This document shows, piece after piece, positions 62,582 to 64,000 of a DNA stretch of 64,000 nt. The stretch is from NCBI GenBank assembly GCA_905234555.1, contig CAJOHO010000012.1:12123-76122 (forward strand), written 5' to 3'. The stretch comes from an uncultured Bacteroidaceae bacterium (lineage in GTDB: Bacteria > Bacteroidota > Bacteroidia > Bacteroidales > Bacteroidaceae). The first letter of the stretch is position 1, and each line of letters starts with the position of its first letter. A program made the translations under genes and the position numbers. Below the pieces are notes generated by a model that saw nothing but the letters and a program-made list of their open reading frames with translations, was not told where the DNA came from and did not search any database.

Positions 62582-63979
62582 ATGACTTATCATTATCATA
62601 CTTCCTCTAAACAGATTCTGGGCGACATGGTGACGCCTGTCAGCGCCTACATGAAACTGCGCGACGACTATCCGCAGTCAGCCCTGATGGAGAGTAGTGA
62701 CTACCACGGCGGCGAGAATGCCCGTTCGTTCATAGCCCTCCACCCCATTGCCAGCATCAGCATCGAACACGGTGTTGCCATCAGCCGAATGCCCAACGGT
62801 GAGCAGGCCGAACACGCTGTGACCAAAGACTATCAGGCTGACCGCGCCATCAACGACTTCCTGTGTCAGTTCAGCATAGAGGGAACCGACCGTCAGTTTT
62901 GCGGACTCTACGGCTACACCAGCTTCAATTCCGTCCGCTATTTCGAGAACATAGACGTGAAGGACGAGACGCAGGAGAAGAACGACGCACCCGACCTGCT
63001 CTACATATTATATAAGGTGGTGCTGGTGTTCGACCACTTCCGCAATACGCTCACACTCATCGAGCTGCTGGAAGACGACGAGGAGGACGACCTCGACAAA
63101 CTGGAGAACGACGTGCTACATCGCATGGCTCACGGCTATGACTTCCACCCTGTAGGCAACTATGCCTCCACGCTAACCGACGAGGAGCACAAAGCAAATA
63201 TCCGGCGCGGCATCCAGCATTGTCTGCGTGGCGACGTCTTCCAGATTGTGCTGAGCCGACGCTTCATCCAGCACTACGAAGGTGACGACTTCAAGCTCTA
63301 CCGTGCTCTCCGCACCATCAATCCAAGTCCCTACCTTTTCTACTTCGACTTCGGAGGCTTCCGCATCTTCGGTTCAAGTCCTGAAACTCATTGCCGCATT
63401 GAGAACGGACGTGCTTACATCGACCCCATAGCAGGAACAACACGTCGCACAGGCAATCCAGAACAGGACCGCCAGAACGCGATCTACCTGCAGAACGACC
63501 CCAAGGAAAATGCCGAACATGTGATGCTGGTGGACTTGGCCCGCAACGACCTGAGCCGCAACTGCCACGATGTGAAGGTGGACTTTTATAAGGATATGCA
63601 GTATTACAGCCACGTCATCCATCTCGTCAGCCGCGTCAGCGGTCAGCTCAACGAAGGAGCCGATCCCATCAAGACTTTCATCGACACGTTCCCAGCAGGA
63701 ACACTCAGCGGAGCACCAAAGGTGCGTGCCATGCAGCTCATCTCAGAATACGAGCCGCACAACCGCGGAGCCTACGGCGGCTGCATAGGCTTCATCGGTT
63801 TCGACGGTTCGCTCAATCAGGCCATCACCATCCGCACGTTCGTCAGCCGCAACGGCGAACTGTGGTTCCAAGCAGGTGGCGGCATCGTGGCTAAGAGCAA
63901 CGAAGACTACGAGCTGCAGGAAGTGAACAACAAACTCGGTGCTTTGCGCAAAGCGATTGAGATTGCAGAAAAATTATAG
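62582..63979 (+). CDS. trpE: anthranilate synthase component I
   Basis: It has the feedback motif LMESS and a chorismate-binding core (GAYGGCIGF, GGGIVA). Confidence 0.9.
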   Translation: MTYHYHTSSKQILGDMVTPVSAYMKLRDDYPQSALMESSDYHGGENARSFIALHPIASISIEHGVAISRMPNGEQAEHAVTKDYQADRAINDFLCQFSIEGTDRQFCGLYGYTSFNSVRYFENIDVKDETQEKNDAPDLLYILYKVVLVFDHFRNTLTLIELLEDDEEDDLDKLENDVLHRMAHGYDFHPVGNYASTLTDEEHKANIRRGIQHCLRGDVFQIVLSRRFIQHYEGDDFKLYRALRTINPSPYLFYFDFGGFRIFGSSPETHCRIENGRAYIDPIAGTTRRTGNPEQDRQNAIYLQNDPKENAEHVMLVDLARNDLSRNCHDVKVDFYKDMQYYSHVIHLVSRVSGQLNEGADPIKTFIDTFPAGTLSGAPKVRAMQLISEYEPHNRGAYGGCIGFIGFDGSLNQAITIRTFVSRNGELWFQAGGGIVAKSNEDYELQEVNNKLGALRKAIEIAEKL

Positions 63980-64000
63980 TAATTCAGCACATTCAACCTT

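Overview
This is a 64-kb chromosomal segment from a Bacteroidota genome, probably Prevotellaceae. That assignment rests on gene content, the frequent TAnnTTTG -7 promoter boxes and the absence of Shine-Dalgarno sites. I support about 45 protein genes, one tRNA-Thr(CGU) and one Trp leader-peptide attenuator. The genes are mostly housekeeping:
- tgt (3' end), an LptF/G permease, a DEAD-box helicase, coaX, an outer-membrane barrel and lptC
- an MFS transporter followed by oadGAB (Na+-pumping oxaloacetate decarboxylase)
- folB and class II RNR nrdJ
- a serine peptidase, clpC, mltG, a glycosyltransferase, uvrA and dnaX
- pyrK and pyrD
- a three-gene cluster of unknown function (polytopic membrane protein, PD40/CxxCH lipoprotein, S9 DPP-IV-like peptidase)
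- a MATE pump, a cytidylate-kinase-like protein, rlmH and a RelA-type RSH
- a DUF4301-like protein, gmd-fcl, a GHL10 protein, a ClsB-like PLD, a HAD hydrolase, ung, a BadF-type kinase and manC
- a Tsx/DUF5020-like barrel, a Pif1-like helicase and a GH29 fucosidase
- an orphan 1098-aa HExxH lipoprotein and a TonB-dependent receptor
- trpL-trpB-trpE

I saw no transposase, integrase, cas genes, CRISPR array or rRNA.

The unusual content is non-coding:
1. A 169-bp structured element is present twice (168/169 identical), directly upstream of two consecutive genes and bracketing one of them.
2. A 22-bp-phased array of five AGTACTT palindromes separated by A-tracts lies upstream of the orphan metalloprotease-like gene.
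3. At least two families of GC-rich hairpin elements fill operon spacers, and one copy lies in frame inside the helicase gene.
4. Degenerate 7-9-bp word arrays occupy about 17 gene junctions.
5. There are shared terminator hairpins and duplications of gene 3' ends.

All protein calls come from motif recognition by eye. No BLAST, HMM or RNA folding was run, and several start codons are judgement calls.
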